Source: Planctomycetota bacterium (GTDB taxonomy: Bacteria; Planctomycetota; SZUA-567; H5-PLA8). From it: a stretch of 64,000 nucleotides of DNA. Below are positions 9,848 through 20,202 of this stretch, piece after piece (the first letter of the stretch is position 1; every line of letters starts with the position of its first letter). The notes below the pieces were generated by a model that saw only the letters and a program-made list of their open reading frames with translations, made no database searches and had not been told where the DNA came from. The position numbers and the translations under genes were made by a program. Where the stretch lies: positions 14,868 to 78,867 of the forward strand of contig JAOSKN010000004.1 in assembly GCA_027493525.1 (NCBI GenBank), given 5' to 3'.

Positions 9848-10429
9848 CCCTTGGAAATCGCACATGAGACGCGCGCTTCGTTGCCTTCTGATCCTTCCCT
9901 CCTTGCCGCGCTCCCGGGTTGCGCCGAATTCGACGGGCCGGCGCGCGGGCGCGAGGCCGAGCCGGTGCTTTTGGACTCGCTCCACTTCGGCGACCCGGCG
10001 GCGCGGCAGCGGGACGGCGCGGCCCCGCGTCTTCAGGACCACGAACCGAATGCCGGAATCACCCTTCGGGAGGAACAGGCGCATGGCTGAGTCGCACGGA
10101 ACGGCGGCGCGGGCGACCGCGGCGGAACCTGGGGCGGGGGAGGGTGGAGCGGGCGCGCGCGCGGCGGCTCGGGCCTCTTCAACCTCTATCGCTCCCTCGG
10201 CGGCACAGAGCAGCCCGCGAACGGCCCCGCGCCGGCCGGCGCCTCGCGCGCCGCGCGGCTCCTGACGCCCGCCGAGCCCACCGCGCCCGAGGTCGTCCAG
10301 GGCTCGAACGGGAACGGCCGGCACGCCGCGCCGCCGCCGGAGCAGCCCGCCGCGCCTTCGGTCGAACCGCCCGCCGCAAGCCCGGCCCCTCCGGCTCCCG
10401 CCGAACCCGCGGCCAGGATCGGGAAACGA

Positions 10430-10789
10430 GTGGCCGGAAACCGGAAGTCCTCCGCGCGGCCCGAGGACCTCGCCCGACGCCTGCGCGAGGCGCGGCAGCG
10501 CAAGCAATTCAAGCGCCGCGTGCGCGGGGAGGATTACGAACAGGTCACGGTGATCCTCGACCGGGACCTCTATATGGAACTCGACCGCCGCCTGGGCGAC
10601 CTCAGCGCGGCCAGCGACGGCGTCAAAGTCTCGCGGAGCATGTTCGTCCGCGCGCTGTTGCGGGGGTTCCTCGCGAGCGGCCCGCGCCTGGACCTCGACG
10701 GCCTCTTCACCCCCGATCCGCGCAACCCGGACGAACTCGCGGTGATCGAGGAAGCGCTCGTCGAACGGCTTGCAGGCAAGTCGGCGTAG
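10430..10789 (+). CDS. Ribbon-helix-helix (CopG/ParG-like) DNA-binding protein
   Basis: VTVILDRDLYMELDRRL...SRSMFVRALLRGFL fits a beta-strand-helix-helix pattern. The frame is open upstream to 10091 (Pro/Ala-rich). An SD-preceded ATG at 10083 is in another frame, so an N-terminal extension or frameshift is possible. Confidence 0.55.
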   Translation: MAGNRKSSARPEDLARRLREARQRKQFKRRVRGEDYEQVTVILDRDLYMELDRRLGDLSAASDGVKVSRSMFVRALLRGFLASGPRLDLDGLFTPDPRNPDELAVIEEALVERLAGKSA

Positions 10790-10925
10790 GCCGCGGCCGG
10801 GAGGCGGGACAAAACAAGTAACTGATCCCGGCGCGCAGGGCACCAATAGAATGGGGCTGAAGAGGAAGGCATGGCGAACCGTCCGTAAGACAGCAGGGCA
10901 TCTATTGACTACGTAAGGGGCGGCC

Positions 10926-12558
10926 ATGCGTCGAAACAAAGCCACGGAGGCGGTGCGCTGGGCGCTCGCGCTCGCGGCATGCTGCGCCGGGGCGGGGGAG
11001 CTGCGCGCGGCCGATCTGAAGCCGGCGCTCGAAAAGAAGCTCGCCGAGGTGCTCCAGGAGCCCGTCGCCATCGGCGCCTACCGGCTCGGCCTGGACCCCC
11101 CGCTCGCCGTCCTCGAGAACCTGCGCATCGGCGAGGCCGTGCCCGAAACCGGCGGGCATCCGCTGGCCGAAGTCGAGCGCCTCACGGTCGAATACATCCC
11201 CTCCGCGCTGCTCCTGGGCGGGACCTTCTTCAAGTCGATGGAATTTTCGGGCGCGCATTTTTACGTCGGCGCCGACCGGCGCGGGCACAGCAATTTCCAG
11301 GCGTTCCTCGAGAAGCTGCTCGCGCGGCGCGAGAAAGAGGCCGACCTTCCGGGGCTCGGCGACCTGAACTTCCGCGGCGTGGCGCTCACCTTTTACGCCC
11401 CCAAGGACTTGACCGCGCCGCGGGGCGAACTCGCCCCCGACCCCGTCACCGTGCGCTTGGCCGCGCTGAGCCTGCGCAATCTCTCGGCGCCCCAGCCGAA
11501 GCGATCCCGCGCGCGCGCCGGCGCCCGATCCGTGGATCAAGCTCGCCTTCGAAGAGCTGGTCGTGGACGCGCCCATCGCGGGGCGCGAGCCCGCCAACGC
11601 GCAGACCGCGCGCGGGGAGGTGCTCCGCGAGGGCCTGCGCGTCGCGCGCGGTGAGGCCGAGCTGCGCACGGAGGCCGGCCGCCCCAAGCTGCTCATGCTC
11701 CGCCGCGTGAAACTCGAGGCGCTCCGCGCGCGAAGCTACCTGCCCAGCCCCGGCGAGGCCGAGACCCTCGCGCGCATCTGGAACACCCTCCGCGTCGGCC
11801 TGGCCGGCAAGCCCGGCGAGCGCGCCGAACCCGCCGGCGGCTGGTCGGTCTACCTGTACGACCTCAAGGCCGAGGGCGGCCTCGTCGAGTTTGCCGGGCC
11901 GGATCCCCACGGGCGCACGGCCTACTGGCGCCTGGACGACCTGATGCTCGAGACGCAACAGTTCGGCGTCGGCCCGCTCGCCCGCTCGCCCAAGGACCGT
12001 CCCGGCTTCCTCAGGCTGGAATCCCCCACCGCCAGCAGCGAAGGCAACGGGCGCGTGCGCATGGAATGGAAGCGGCTCAGCGGCAGCCACCCGGAATGGA
12101 CCTACCTGCTCGAACTCGAACTCCGCGGCCTGGCGCTCCCCGCGCTCAGCACCCGCCTGGGCAATAAGGCCGACGCCGGCTTCGTCCGCGGGGACCTCGA
12201 CGCGAAATTCTCTGGCCCAACCGTCGCCGGCCGCCTCGACTGGTCCGGCTCCCTCACCGTCAGCCAGGACACGCAACTCGCCGATCCCGGCCGTTCCGAA
12301 CGGCGCTCGCGCAGCCTCCAACGCCTGGCCACCGGCGAGCCCATCCAACCCATTCTCATCACCGGCACGCTGCAGGATCCGCGCATCGAGGTGCCCGACT
12401 ACGCGAAGCACGCGCTGCAAGAGGTCTTCGACGGGATCGTGGACAACAAGGTCACGCGTTTCGTCGGCGACGTGGTGGGAAGCACCGTCCGCGGCGTTGG
12501 AAAGGTGCTGGAGCGCGTCCCCGTCCTCGGCCCGCTCTTTGGCGGAGATGACGAATAG
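10926..12558 (+). pseudogene. AsmA-like / DUF748-like envelope protein, split by a frameshift
   Basis: Signal peptide in ORF 10926..11654. The sequence continues sensibly in ORF 11563..12558, whose frame stays open upstream (...PAPDPWIKLAFEELVVDAPI...). The frame switch is near the C4 run 11490-11493. Confidence 0.6.
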
Positions 12559-12595
12559 AGTTCCGAGTTCCGAGTTCCGAGTTCCGAGTTCCGAG
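12559..12595. repeat. Heptamer array (AGTTCCG x5)
   Basis: agttccgagttccgagttccgagttccgagttccgag, immediately after the stop codon at 12556-12558. Confidence 0.95.
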
Positions 12596-12674
12596 ATGGT
12601 TTGTATTGTAACTTATTTACTATATTATAGTTACATGAAAAAATAAAAGCGTTTACAGCCCTCTCTCCGCTGGT

Positions 12675-12682
12675 GTATATAC
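12675..12682. promoter_or_regulatory. Candidate GntR/HutC-type operator core (GTATATAC) upstream of the regulator gene
   Basis: The palindrome GTATATAC fits the GT-M-TA-K-AC type consensus. It lies 36 nt upstream of the ATG at 12718 in a locally AT-rich spacer. Confidence 0.3.
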
Positions 12683-12717
12683 CACTATAAGACCATAATA
12701 GGACCAATGTAGAAACC

Positions 12718-13845
12718 ATGAAAGCCACGCTCGCCGGACGCCAATCTCGAACCGACCAAGCCGCCGTGCGCCTGCGTTCGCAGTTGTCGCAAGGGCGCGT
12801 GGAGCCCGGCGCGTTCCTGCCGGCCGAGCGCGAATTGAGCGCGCGGCTGGGCGTCAGCCGCGTCACGGCGCGGCGCGCGCTGGCGCAGCTCGTGGACGAG
12901 GGGCTGCTCGAAGCCGTGCCGCACCAGGGCCACCGCGTCCGGGCCTCGAAGCACGAGGATTCCGGGGGCGCGCTCGCGTACGTCCTGGCCAGCGCCGAGT
13001 CCGACGCGGCCTGGGATTTCACGCACGAGCAGTTGCTCGCGGCGTTCCACCGCGTGCTGCTGGACGAGAACCGGCCCGCGCTGGCGCTTGGCGCCAAGGG
13101 GCGCGGCGCGGCGGAGTTGCTGGCCGAACTGAAGGCCCGGGGCGCGTGGGGCGTGGCGCTGGATTCCAGCCGCGCGGATCTCGCCGAGGCCTTCGCGGTA
13201 AGCGGCATGCCCTGCGTCGTCGTCGACGCCTACGTCGAGCACCCCGCGCTGGACGTGGTCCTGCAGGACAACTTCAACGGCGCGCGGCAGGCCGCCGCGT
13301 GGCTGGCCGCGCGCGGTCCGCGCGTCGCGTGGCTCGGCCCGCGCGTCGGCTTCGCGCACTACCGCGAACGGTACGCCGGCGCGCTGGCGGGGCTGGCCGA
13401 AGCCGGCATCGAGCCGGCTCCCGAGAACCTCGCCGTGCTGCCCAGCCACGACGATGCCGAGGCCGCGGCGACATGGGTCCGCGAGGCCTTCGCGCGCCCC
13501 GCGAACCGCCGGCCCACGGGGCTGCTCTGCATGTGGCAGGCGCTCGGGCACGCGGTCCTCGAGGCGCTGCGCGCTTGCGGAATCAAGCCGGGCCGCGACG
13601 TCGAACTCGTCGGTTGGGCCACCGAGCGCGAGTACCGCGAGCGCTGGGCGCCGGCCTTCCTGGACTCCGGCGCCGGCACGGTCCCCGCCACGATCGTCTG
13701 GCGTCCCGAGGACTTGGCGCGGCTGACCCTCTCGCGGCTCAAGGCCCGCGCGGCCGACCCGCGCCTGCCGGCCTGCCGCATCGACGTCAAGACGCGCCTC
13801 ATCGAGCCTCGCCCGGCCGTGCGCGCCGTGCGGGACGGGGCCTAA
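12718..13845 (+). CDS. GntR-family transcriptional regulator with LacI/PBP1-type sugar-binding domain
   Basis: N-terminal wHTH (PAERELSARLGVSRVTARRALAQLVDEGLLEAVPHQGHRV), followed by a periplasmic-binding-protein-like domain. Confidence 0.85.
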   Translation: MKATLAGRQSRTDQAAVRLRSQLSQGRVEPGAFLPAERELSARLGVSRVTARRALAQLVDEGLLEAVPHQGHRVRASKHEDSGGALAYVLASAESDAAWDFTHEQLLAAFHRVLLDENRPALALGAKGRGAAELLAELKARGAWGVALDSSRADLAEAFAVSGMPCVVVDAYVEHPALDVVLQDNFNGARQAAAWLAARGPRVAWLGPRVGFAHYRERYAGALAGLAEAGIEPAPENLAVLPSHDDAEAAATWVREAFARPANRRPTGLLCMWQALGHAVLEALRACGIKPGRDVELVGWATEREYRERWAPAFLDSGAGTVPATIVWRPEDLARLTLSRLKARAADPRLPACRIDVKTRLIEPRPAVRAVRDGA

Positions 13846-13881
13846 GCGGAAGGCGAATCACGTGCCCATTTGGAGGAGCGA

Positions 13882-16218
13882 ATGATGCCGCGAGCCTGCC
13901 TGATCCTTCTTGTGCTGCCGCTGGCGGGCCTGGCGTTGACGGCGCGCGCCTCGGAGTCCGCCAATGCGTGGGCGAAGGTCGCCGAAAACCAGATCGGGCG
14001 GCGCGTCTCGCCCGGCCTGCTCTGGCTCGACAAGCCCGGCGCGTTCGTGCTGCTCGGCGGGATGGTGGACCACCAAGTCAAGGACCCGCAACCCTACGAC
14101 ATCATGCGCTGGGACGAGGCCGCGCGCGGCTGGCGGAACGAACTTCCCGAAGCCGCCAAGGCGCGCGGCGGCACGACCGGCCCCGTCTCGAATCCCGGCT
14201 TCAAGACGCCCTACTTCGAGATGCAGGACAAGGACGGCCTCGCCCGGCCGCACCCCTACCACATGAAGATGTACTATCAGTACGCCCATGCGCCCTGGGA
14301 CGGCAAGGTCTACGCCCTGATCTGCGGGCGCACGCTCGCGTACGATCCCGCCGCGCGCGCATGGCGGGACCTTCAGCCGGCCGAAGCGCCCGCCCCGGCG
14401 ACGCGGAGTTACAAGGAGTCGCTCTGCTGGGGCGCGCTGGCCGCCGACCCGGTGAACGAGGAACTCGTCCTCTTCGGCGGCGCGCTCTCGAACGAACGCG
14501 GCGGGCCGGGGACGTGGGTCTACGCGACGAAGACCAACGCCTGGCGCAAGCTCGAGCTTCCGGTTCAGCCGCCCGTCCGCGCGCTCGCGCCCATGGCCTT
14601 CGACGCCAGGGAGAAGAAAATCGTCCTCTTCGGCGGCGACCGGCTCGACCAGCTTTACGCCGATACGTGGGGCTACGACTGCGCCTCGCGGACCTGGGAA
14701 GAGCGCAAGCCCCCGGTCTCGCCCGCGCCGCGCTTCGGTCACGCGCTCGTCTACCTCCCCAAGGCCGGCCAGGTTCTGCTGCTGGGCGGGAAGACCTACA
14801 CCTCCTCGACCGCCTACCAAGCGACACTTTACAAGCCGCTGCCCTTCGAGGCCTGGACCTACGACGTCGCGGCCAACGTGTGGACGAAACTGAAGACCGC
14901 GGGCGAACCCGCGCAGCGCGCCAACCGCCCGCTGGCCGCGGCCGCCAACGCGCGCGACGAGGTCATGCTCCTAGCCGACGCCTGGGGTTCGAAGAACGCC
15001 GACGAGACCTGGCTCGCCGCCTTCGACGCGAAGCAGGCCGACGCCGAGGGGACCGCGCAGGGCGTGCCGCCCGGGACGCTGGAATTCCGCTCCGAGAGCT
15101 ACGACCCGGCGTGGTACGAGGCCGAGACGCCCGCGCCCGACCCGGCGGCCTTCTCGAAGTTCCTGGCCGAACTGCCCGCCAATGCCTTCGTAGAGGTCAA
15201 GGCCCCCAAGTGGCCGCTCAACCGGCAGGGCGGCGGCTGGAGCACCGTCGCGCTCGACACCGACGGCGACCGGCTCCTGCACATCGGCGGCGGACACAGT
15301 TCCTACTTCGGGAACGACGTCGCGCATTTCGACCTGAAGACCGGGCGCTGGTCGATCTCCTGCCGCCCGCAGTTCGCGCTGGAGTTCAACTACGACTTGA
15401 GCGGGCCCGGCGAGTGGGCCTTCAACGGCGCGCCTTGGGGCAATCATAATTACAAAGCCTACGCCTACGACCCGGCCACCAAGCGCATGGTCCTCGCCAA
15501 GAGCGTGACGATGTTCTACGACCCGGAGCGGAAATGCTGGCCGTTCGAGGAGACCTTCGAGACCCGGCCCTTCGCCGGCTCCAAGTACGTGACCTTCCTC
15601 TGCCCGACGCCGCATGGCCTGTATGCGTGGGGCAAGTTCAGCGAACACGGCAAGGATCCGGGCCTCTTCCGGCTCCGCGGCGGCAAGGCCTGGGAGCAGG
15701 TCAAGACGAGCGGCGAAGCGCTGCCCGTGCCCGTCTGCGACAAGGGTTCGACGCTCGTCTACGACTCGAAGCGCGACCGCTTCCTTTTCACCAGCGTCTT
15801 CGGCGCGAAGACCGGGGAGGGGGTCGGGCAGGTCTGGAGCTGCGCGCGCGAAAGCGGCGCAGTGCAGGCGCTGAACCCCCAGGGTGCGGGCGAGATCAAG
15901 GCCCCGCGCTGGGCGCGCGAGGCCGTCTACCTGCCCGGCGCCGACGCCATGCTCTGCGGCAGCGCGATCCAGCATGGCGAAAAACTCCTCACGCCCTGCT
16001 ACGACGCAACGGCCAACGCCTGGTATCTCGCCGACCTGCCCGGCGCGGCGGAGGCTTTCAACGGCGGCAAAACCGCCGCCGGCTGCGGCGTGGACCTGGG
16101 GCTCGCCTACGACGCGTCGCGCGGCCTGGTCTGGGCCGTCTCCTGCAAGCTCCATCCCGGCGCGTTGAAGGTGCTGCGCTTCGACGCGGCGAGCGCGGCG
16201 AAGACGGAACTGAAGTAG
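13882..16218 (+). CDS. Secreted Kelch-repeat (galactose-oxidase-like beta-propeller) protein
   Basis: Signal peptide MMPRACLILLVLPLAGLALTARA. Recurrent ...LVLFGG / IVLFGGD / VLLLGGK ... W Kelch-like blades. GGAGGAG SD lies before the ATG at 13882. Confidence 0.8.
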   Translation: MMPRACLILLVLPLAGLALTARASESANAWAKVAENQIGRRVSPGLLWLDKPGAFVLLGGMVDHQVKDPQPYDIMRWDEAARGWRNELPEAAKARGGTTGPVSNPGFKTPYFEMQDKDGLARPHPYHMKMYYQYAHAPWDGKVYALICGRTLAYDPAARAWRDLQPAEAPAPATRSYKESLCWGALAADPVNEELVLFGGALSNERGGPGTWVYATKTNAWRKLELPVQPPVRALAPMAFDAREKKIVLFGGDRLDQLYADTWGYDCASRTWEERKPPVSPAPRFGHALVYLPKAGQVLLLGGKTYTSSTAYQATLYKPLPFEAWTYDVAANVWTKLKTAGEPAQRANRPLAAAANARDEVMLLADAWGSKNADETWLAAFDAKQADAEGTAQGVPPGTLEFRSESYDPAWYEAETPAPDPAAFSKFLAELPANAFVEVKAPKWPLNRQGGGWSTVALDTDGDRLLHIGGGHSSYFGNDVAHFDLKTGRWSISCRPQFALEFNYDLSGPGEWAFNGAPWGNHNYKAYAYDPATKRMVLAKSVTMFYDPERKCWPFEETFETRPFAGSKYVTFLCPTPHGLYAWGKFSEHGKDPGLFRLRGGKAWEQVKTSGEALPVPVCDKGSTLVYDSKRDRFLFTSVFGAKTGEGVGQVWSCARESGAVQALNPQGAGEIKAPRWAREAVYLPGADAMLCGSAIQHGEKLLTPCYDATANAWYLADLPGAAEAFNGGKTAAGCGVDLGLAYDASRGLVWAVSCKLHPGALKVLRFDAASAAKTELK

Positions 16219-16237
16219 AAGGCCGGAGGCCGCGCCC

Positions 16238-17311
16238 TCACGCCTCCCTGATCTCGCGCGGCTGCTGCTGCGTCAGGCAGTGCAGCGTGCCGTATCCGAG
16301 CACCAGGTCCACCGCGTGAATCCCGATCACCGGCCGGTCGAAGAGTTCGCCGAGGATCCCCAGCGCCTCGCGGTCGTTGGAGTCGTTGAAGGTCGGGACC
16401 AGCACCGCCGCGTTGGCGATGTAGAAGTTCGCGTAGCTCGCCGGCAGCCGGACGCCGCCATGGTAGAGCGGATGGGGCATCGGCAGGTGAACGACGTTCA
16501 GCTTCGAGCCGTTCTCCAGCCGCGCGCCTTGCAGGCGCTCGCGGTTCTCCTGCAGGGCCTTGTAGTTCCGGTCGCGCCGGTGCTCTTCCTGAATCAACAC
16601 GACGGTGTCGCGGTTGACGAAGCGGCAGAGGTCGTCCACGTGCCCGTGGGTGTCGTCGCCGGCGATGCCGTGGCCCAGCCAGATCGTGTTGCGCACGCCG
16701 AAGGCGCGCTCGAAGACGGCCTCGTAATCCTTGCGCGTGAACCCGGGGTTGCGCACCTGCACGCGCGGATCGAGCAGGCACTCCTCGGTGGTCAGCAGCG
16801 TGCCGCGCCCGTTGACGTCGATGGCGCCGCCTTCGAGGACCACGTGCCGGCCGCGCAGGGTCACCGGCAGGCAGCGCAGGCGCAGGGCTCGCGCGGCGCG
16901 CGCGGCGATCTTCAGATCCTTGCGGTATTTCGAGTAGCGCGCCCAGGCGTTGAAGCGGAAGCCGGCGATGGCGAGTTTCCCGCGCCGCCCGCGCCGCACG
17001 AATATCGGCCCGAAGTCGCGCGTCCAGCCGCGGTTCGTCCGCCAGCGGTGGAAGCGCACGCGCTTGAGGTCCGCGCGCGCGGCCTCCAGCACGCGCCGGG
17101 CGCGGGCCTCGTGCGCGGCGTTCTCGACCAGCAGGCGCAGGTCCTCGCCGCGCGTCACGTGCCGCGCGATCTCGCCGTAGACCCACGGAATCGCCGCGAA
17201 CTTCCCGGGCCAGTCGGCGTTGTGGTGCGGCCAGCCCATCCACGTTGCCGCATGCCGCTTCCATTCGGCGGGCATGTAGAGCGCATCGTCGTTTCGTGAG
17301 GCGCGGCTCAT
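16238..17311 (-). CDS. aguA: Agmatine deiminase
   Basis: YMPAEWKRHAATWMGWPH, GDDTHGHVDD, and C-terminal catalytic-Cys motif GTLHCLTQQ. The start ATG overlaps the aguB stop (ATGA). Confidence 0.9.
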   Translation of the reverse strand: MSRASRNDDALYMPAEWKRHAATWMGWPHHNADWPGKFAAIPWVYGEIARHVTRGEDLRLLVENAAHEARARRVLEAARADLKRVRFHRWRTNRGWTRDFGPIFVRRGRRGKLAIAGFRFNAWARYSKYRKDLKIAARAARALRLRCLPVTLRGRHVVLEGGAIDVNGRGTLLTTEECLLDPRVQVRNPGFTRKDYEAVFERAFGVRNTIWLGHGIAGDDTHGHVDDLCRFVNRDTVVLIQEEHRRDRNYKALQENRERLQGARLENGSKLNVVHLPMPHPLYHGGVRLPASYANFYIANAAVLVPTFNDSNDREALGILGELFDRPVIGIHAVDLVLGYGTLHCLTQQQPREIREA

Positions 17312-18210
17312 ACGGGGCCGTCCAGGAACCGCCGCTCCAGCCCGCCGTAGGCGTCGATGCGCCGGTCGCGCAGGAAGGGCCACTCGCGCCGCGTCCGCTC
17401 CACGCGCGCCAGGTCGATCTCCGCGACGAGGATCTGCTCCTTGTCGTCCGCCGCCTCCTCCACGATCGAACCGAACGGGTCGCACAGGAAACTCGTGCCC
17501 CAAAAAACCAACCCGTCGCCGCCGGCCGCTGGCTTCTCGTGCCCGATCCGGTTCACCGCCGCGACGTACACCCCGTTCGCGATCGCGTGCCCGCGCTGGA
17601 CCGTGCGCCACGCGTCGAGCATCTCCAGGCCTTCCATGCTCCGCAGCAGCTTGGGATGCCAGCCGATCGCCGTGGGATAGAACAGCACCGGCGCGCCTTG
17701 CAGCGCCGTCAGCCGCGCGGCCTCCGGATACCACTGGTCCCAGCAGATCAGCGTGCCGAGCTTCCCGGCGCGCGTCTCGATCGCCTGGAAACCCAGATCG
17801 CCCGGCGTGAAATAGAACTTCTCGTAGAAGCCCGGATCGTCGGGAATGTGCATCTTCCGGTAGCGTCCGGCCAGCCGCCCGTCGGCGTCGAGCACCGCGA
17901 CGGTGTTGTGATAGAGCCCCTCCGCGCGCTTCTCGAAGAGCGAGGCGATGACGACGACCTGCCGCGCCCGCGCGACCTGCGCCAGCGCTTCCGTGCTCGG
18001 CCCGGGCACCGTCTCGGCGAGGTCGAAGGCTCCGAGGTCCTCCGTCTGGCAGAAGTACGGCCCGCGGAAGAGTTCCGGCAGGCAGACGACTTGCGCGCCT
18101 TTCGCCGCGGCCTCTTCGACCTTCGCGCAGGCCTTGGCGAGGTTCTCCGCCGGATCGGCGCTCATCCCCATCTGCACCAGGCCGACGGTGAAATTCCGTG
18201 ACGCGCTCAT
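17308..18210 (-). CDS. aguB: N-carbamoylputrescine amidase (CN-hydrolase family)
   Basis: VCLPELF, RYRKMHIP and the catalytic-Cys motif ICWDQWYPE. Confidence 0.9.
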   Translation of the reverse strand: MSASRNFTVGLVQMGMSADPAENLAKACAKVEEAAAKGAQVVCLPELFRGPYFCQTEDLGAFDLAETVPGPSTEALAQVARARQVVVIASLFEKRAEGLYHNTVAVLDADGRLAGRYRKMHIPDDPGFYEKFYFTPGDLGFQAIETRAGKLGTLICWDQWYPEAARLTALQGAPVLFYPTAIGWHPKLLRSMEGLEMLDAWRTVQRGHAIANGVYVAAVNRIGHEKPAAGGDGLVFWGTSFLCDPFGSIVEEAADDKEQILVAEIDLARVERTRREWPFLRDRRIDAYGGLERRFLDGPV

Positions 18211-18320
18211 GCGGGCCTCCCGTCCCGTGCTTGAAGGGGCTGGCTTCGAGAATAGCCGATTCGGGCGGCCGGGAAAGGCGCGGGCGGGGGATTCCCGGGT
18301 ACTTTACCCGCGCTTGGAAC

Positions 18321-20111
18321 TTACGCGTCCAGCGTTTCCTGCAGTTCGAGCCAGCGCGCCTCGGATTCTTCGAGCACCGTACAGGCCTTCTCGTGCTCGG
18401 CCTTGAGCCGTTCGGTCTCCTCCGGGTTCGAGGCCTTCTCGAGCTGCGCCTCCAGTTCGGCCTTGCGCGCGCCGTACTTCTCGATTTTCCGTTCAAGCGA
18501 CTGGATCTCGCGGCGGGTCTCGTACTCGCGCCGCGACCGAGCCTTCCGTTCCTCCTTCGTCTCGTCGGGGCGCTCGGCCTTGCCGGGCCTGGCCTTGCGC
18601 AGCGCGTCGCGTTCGCGCTCGCCGGCCTCGATCTCCTTCTCGACCTTGTAGCGGTACATCTCGAAGTCGCCGGGCAAGTGCACGGCGCGCCCGTCGCGGA
18701 CCTCGATCACGTTCGTGGCCACGCGCGCGGTGAAGGCCCGGTCGTGGCTCGTAAAGACCACCGTGCCCTTGTAGCCGGTCAGCGCCTCGGCGAAGGCGTC
18801 CACCGTCTCCACGTCCAGGTGGTTGCCGGGCTCGTCGAGGACCAGCACGTTGTAGCCGCCGAGGAGCAGGCCGGCGAGGCACGCGCGGGCGCGCTCGCCG
18901 CCGCTCAGGATCCGGATCGGCTTCTTCACGTCGTCGCCGCGGAAGAGGAAGCTCCCCGCGACGTTCAGCACGACTTGGTGCGTGCACGCGCCCGCCGCGC
19001 AGCCGGCCAGGTAGTCCTCGACCGTGCTCTCCTCCGGCAGCGTCGTGTAGACGTGCTGCGCGTACGTGCCGACCTCGCAGCCGTGCCCCCACTTCGATTC
19101 GCCGGCCTTCGGCGGCAGCGAGCCGACCAGCGAGCGCAGCAGCGTCGTCTTGCCCTCGCCGTTGTCGCCGACCACCACGACGCGCTCGCCGTGGTGGATC
19201 TCCAGGTCGATGCCCTTCGCGATGGTGCGCTCGGGATAGCCCACGTCGAGCCCCCGCGCGCGCAACGCGACGCCGTGGCGCTTCTCGACCTGCGGCACGC
19301 GCACGTACGCGGTGGCTTCGTCGCTTTCGATCTCGATCGTCTCCAGCCGCTCGAGCTGCTTGGCCTTGCTCCGCGCCTGGCTGGCGGTGTTGGCGTGCGC
19401 GCGGTTCTTGGCGATGAAGCGTTCGAGTTGCTTGCGCTTGGAAAGAATCGCCGCGTTGGCTCGCTCGTCGTGCTCCTTCCGCTCCAGTTCGTACTCCAGG
19501 TACGCGTCCACGTCGCCGGGATAGTGCGTCAGCTTCCCGCGCGAGAGCGCCAGCGTGTGTTCGCAGGTGTCCTTCAGGAACGTCCGGTCGTGGCTCACGA
19601 TCAGCGCGCCGCCGCGGAACGTCTTGAGGAAGTGCTCCAGCAGGATCTGCGTGCGCAGGTCGAGGAAGTTCGTGGGCTCATCGAGGATCAGCAGGTTCGG
19701 CTCCTGCAACAGCAGCGCGGCGAGCTTCACGCGCGTCTGCCAGCCGCCGGAGAGCTGCCGCACCGGGCCGTTGAGGAACTCGTTCTTGATCTCGAAGCGC
19801 CCGGCGACCTCGCCGCACTTCCAGTCCGGCTGCCCGGTGTCGCGCATCAGGAACGCGAGGACGCTCTCGCCCGCCTGGAACGGATCGTGCTGCCGCAGGT
19901 AGCCGATCCGCAACTGCGGGTGCCGCACCAGTTCGCCCGAGTCGAGTTCCTCCTCGCCCAGCAGCACGCGGCAGAGCGTGGACTTGCCCGAGCCGTTGCG
20001 CCCGATCAGCCCGACCTTGCGCTCGTCGTCGAGCGCGCACGAGGCCCCGTCCAGCAGCGCGCGCGCGCCGTAGCGCTTCAGGCCGTCTTTCAGTTGCAGC
20101 AGGATGGGCAT
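18321..20111 (-). CDS. ABC-F family ATPase (two ABC cassettes, no TM domain)
   Basis: Walker A GRNGSGKST and GDNGEGKTT. Signature motifs LSGGWQTR and LSGGERAR. Charged coiled-coil C-terminus. Confidence 0.9.
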   Translation of the reverse strand: MPILLQLKDGLKRYGARALLDGASCALDDERKVGLIGRNGSGKSTLCRVLLGEEELDSGELVRHPQLRIGYLRQHDPFQAGESVLAFLMRDTGQPDWKCGEVAGRFEIKNEFLNGPVRQLSGGWQTRVKLAALLLQEPNLLILDEPTNFLDLRTQILLEHFLKTFRGGALIVSHDRTFLKDTCEHTLALSRGKLTHYPGDVDAYLEYELERKEHDERANAAILSKRKQLERFIAKNRAHANTASQARSKAKQLERLETIEIESDEATAYVRVPQVEKRHGVALRARGLDVGYPERTIAKGIDLEIHHGERVVVVGDNGEGKTTLLRSLVGSLPPKAGESKWGHGCEVGTYAQHVYTTLPEESTVEDYLAGCAAGACTHQVVLNVAGSFLFRGDDVKKPIRILSGGERARACLAGLLLGGYNVLVLDEPGNHLDVETVDAFAEALTGYKGTVVFTSHDRAFTARVATNVIEVRDGRAVHLPGDFEMYRYKVEKEIEAGERERDALRKARPGKAERPDETKEERKARSRREYETRREIQSLERKIEKYGARKAELEAQLEKASNPEETERLKAEHEKACTVLEESEARWLELQETLDA

Positions 20112-20202
20112 GGCCGGATCCCGGATCGCAAAATCGAGTTGAGAAGTCTACGGGGAATGCGGAGAAGGCAAAGGGAAAGCGAAGGGCGGGGCCGCTTCGC
20201 CG

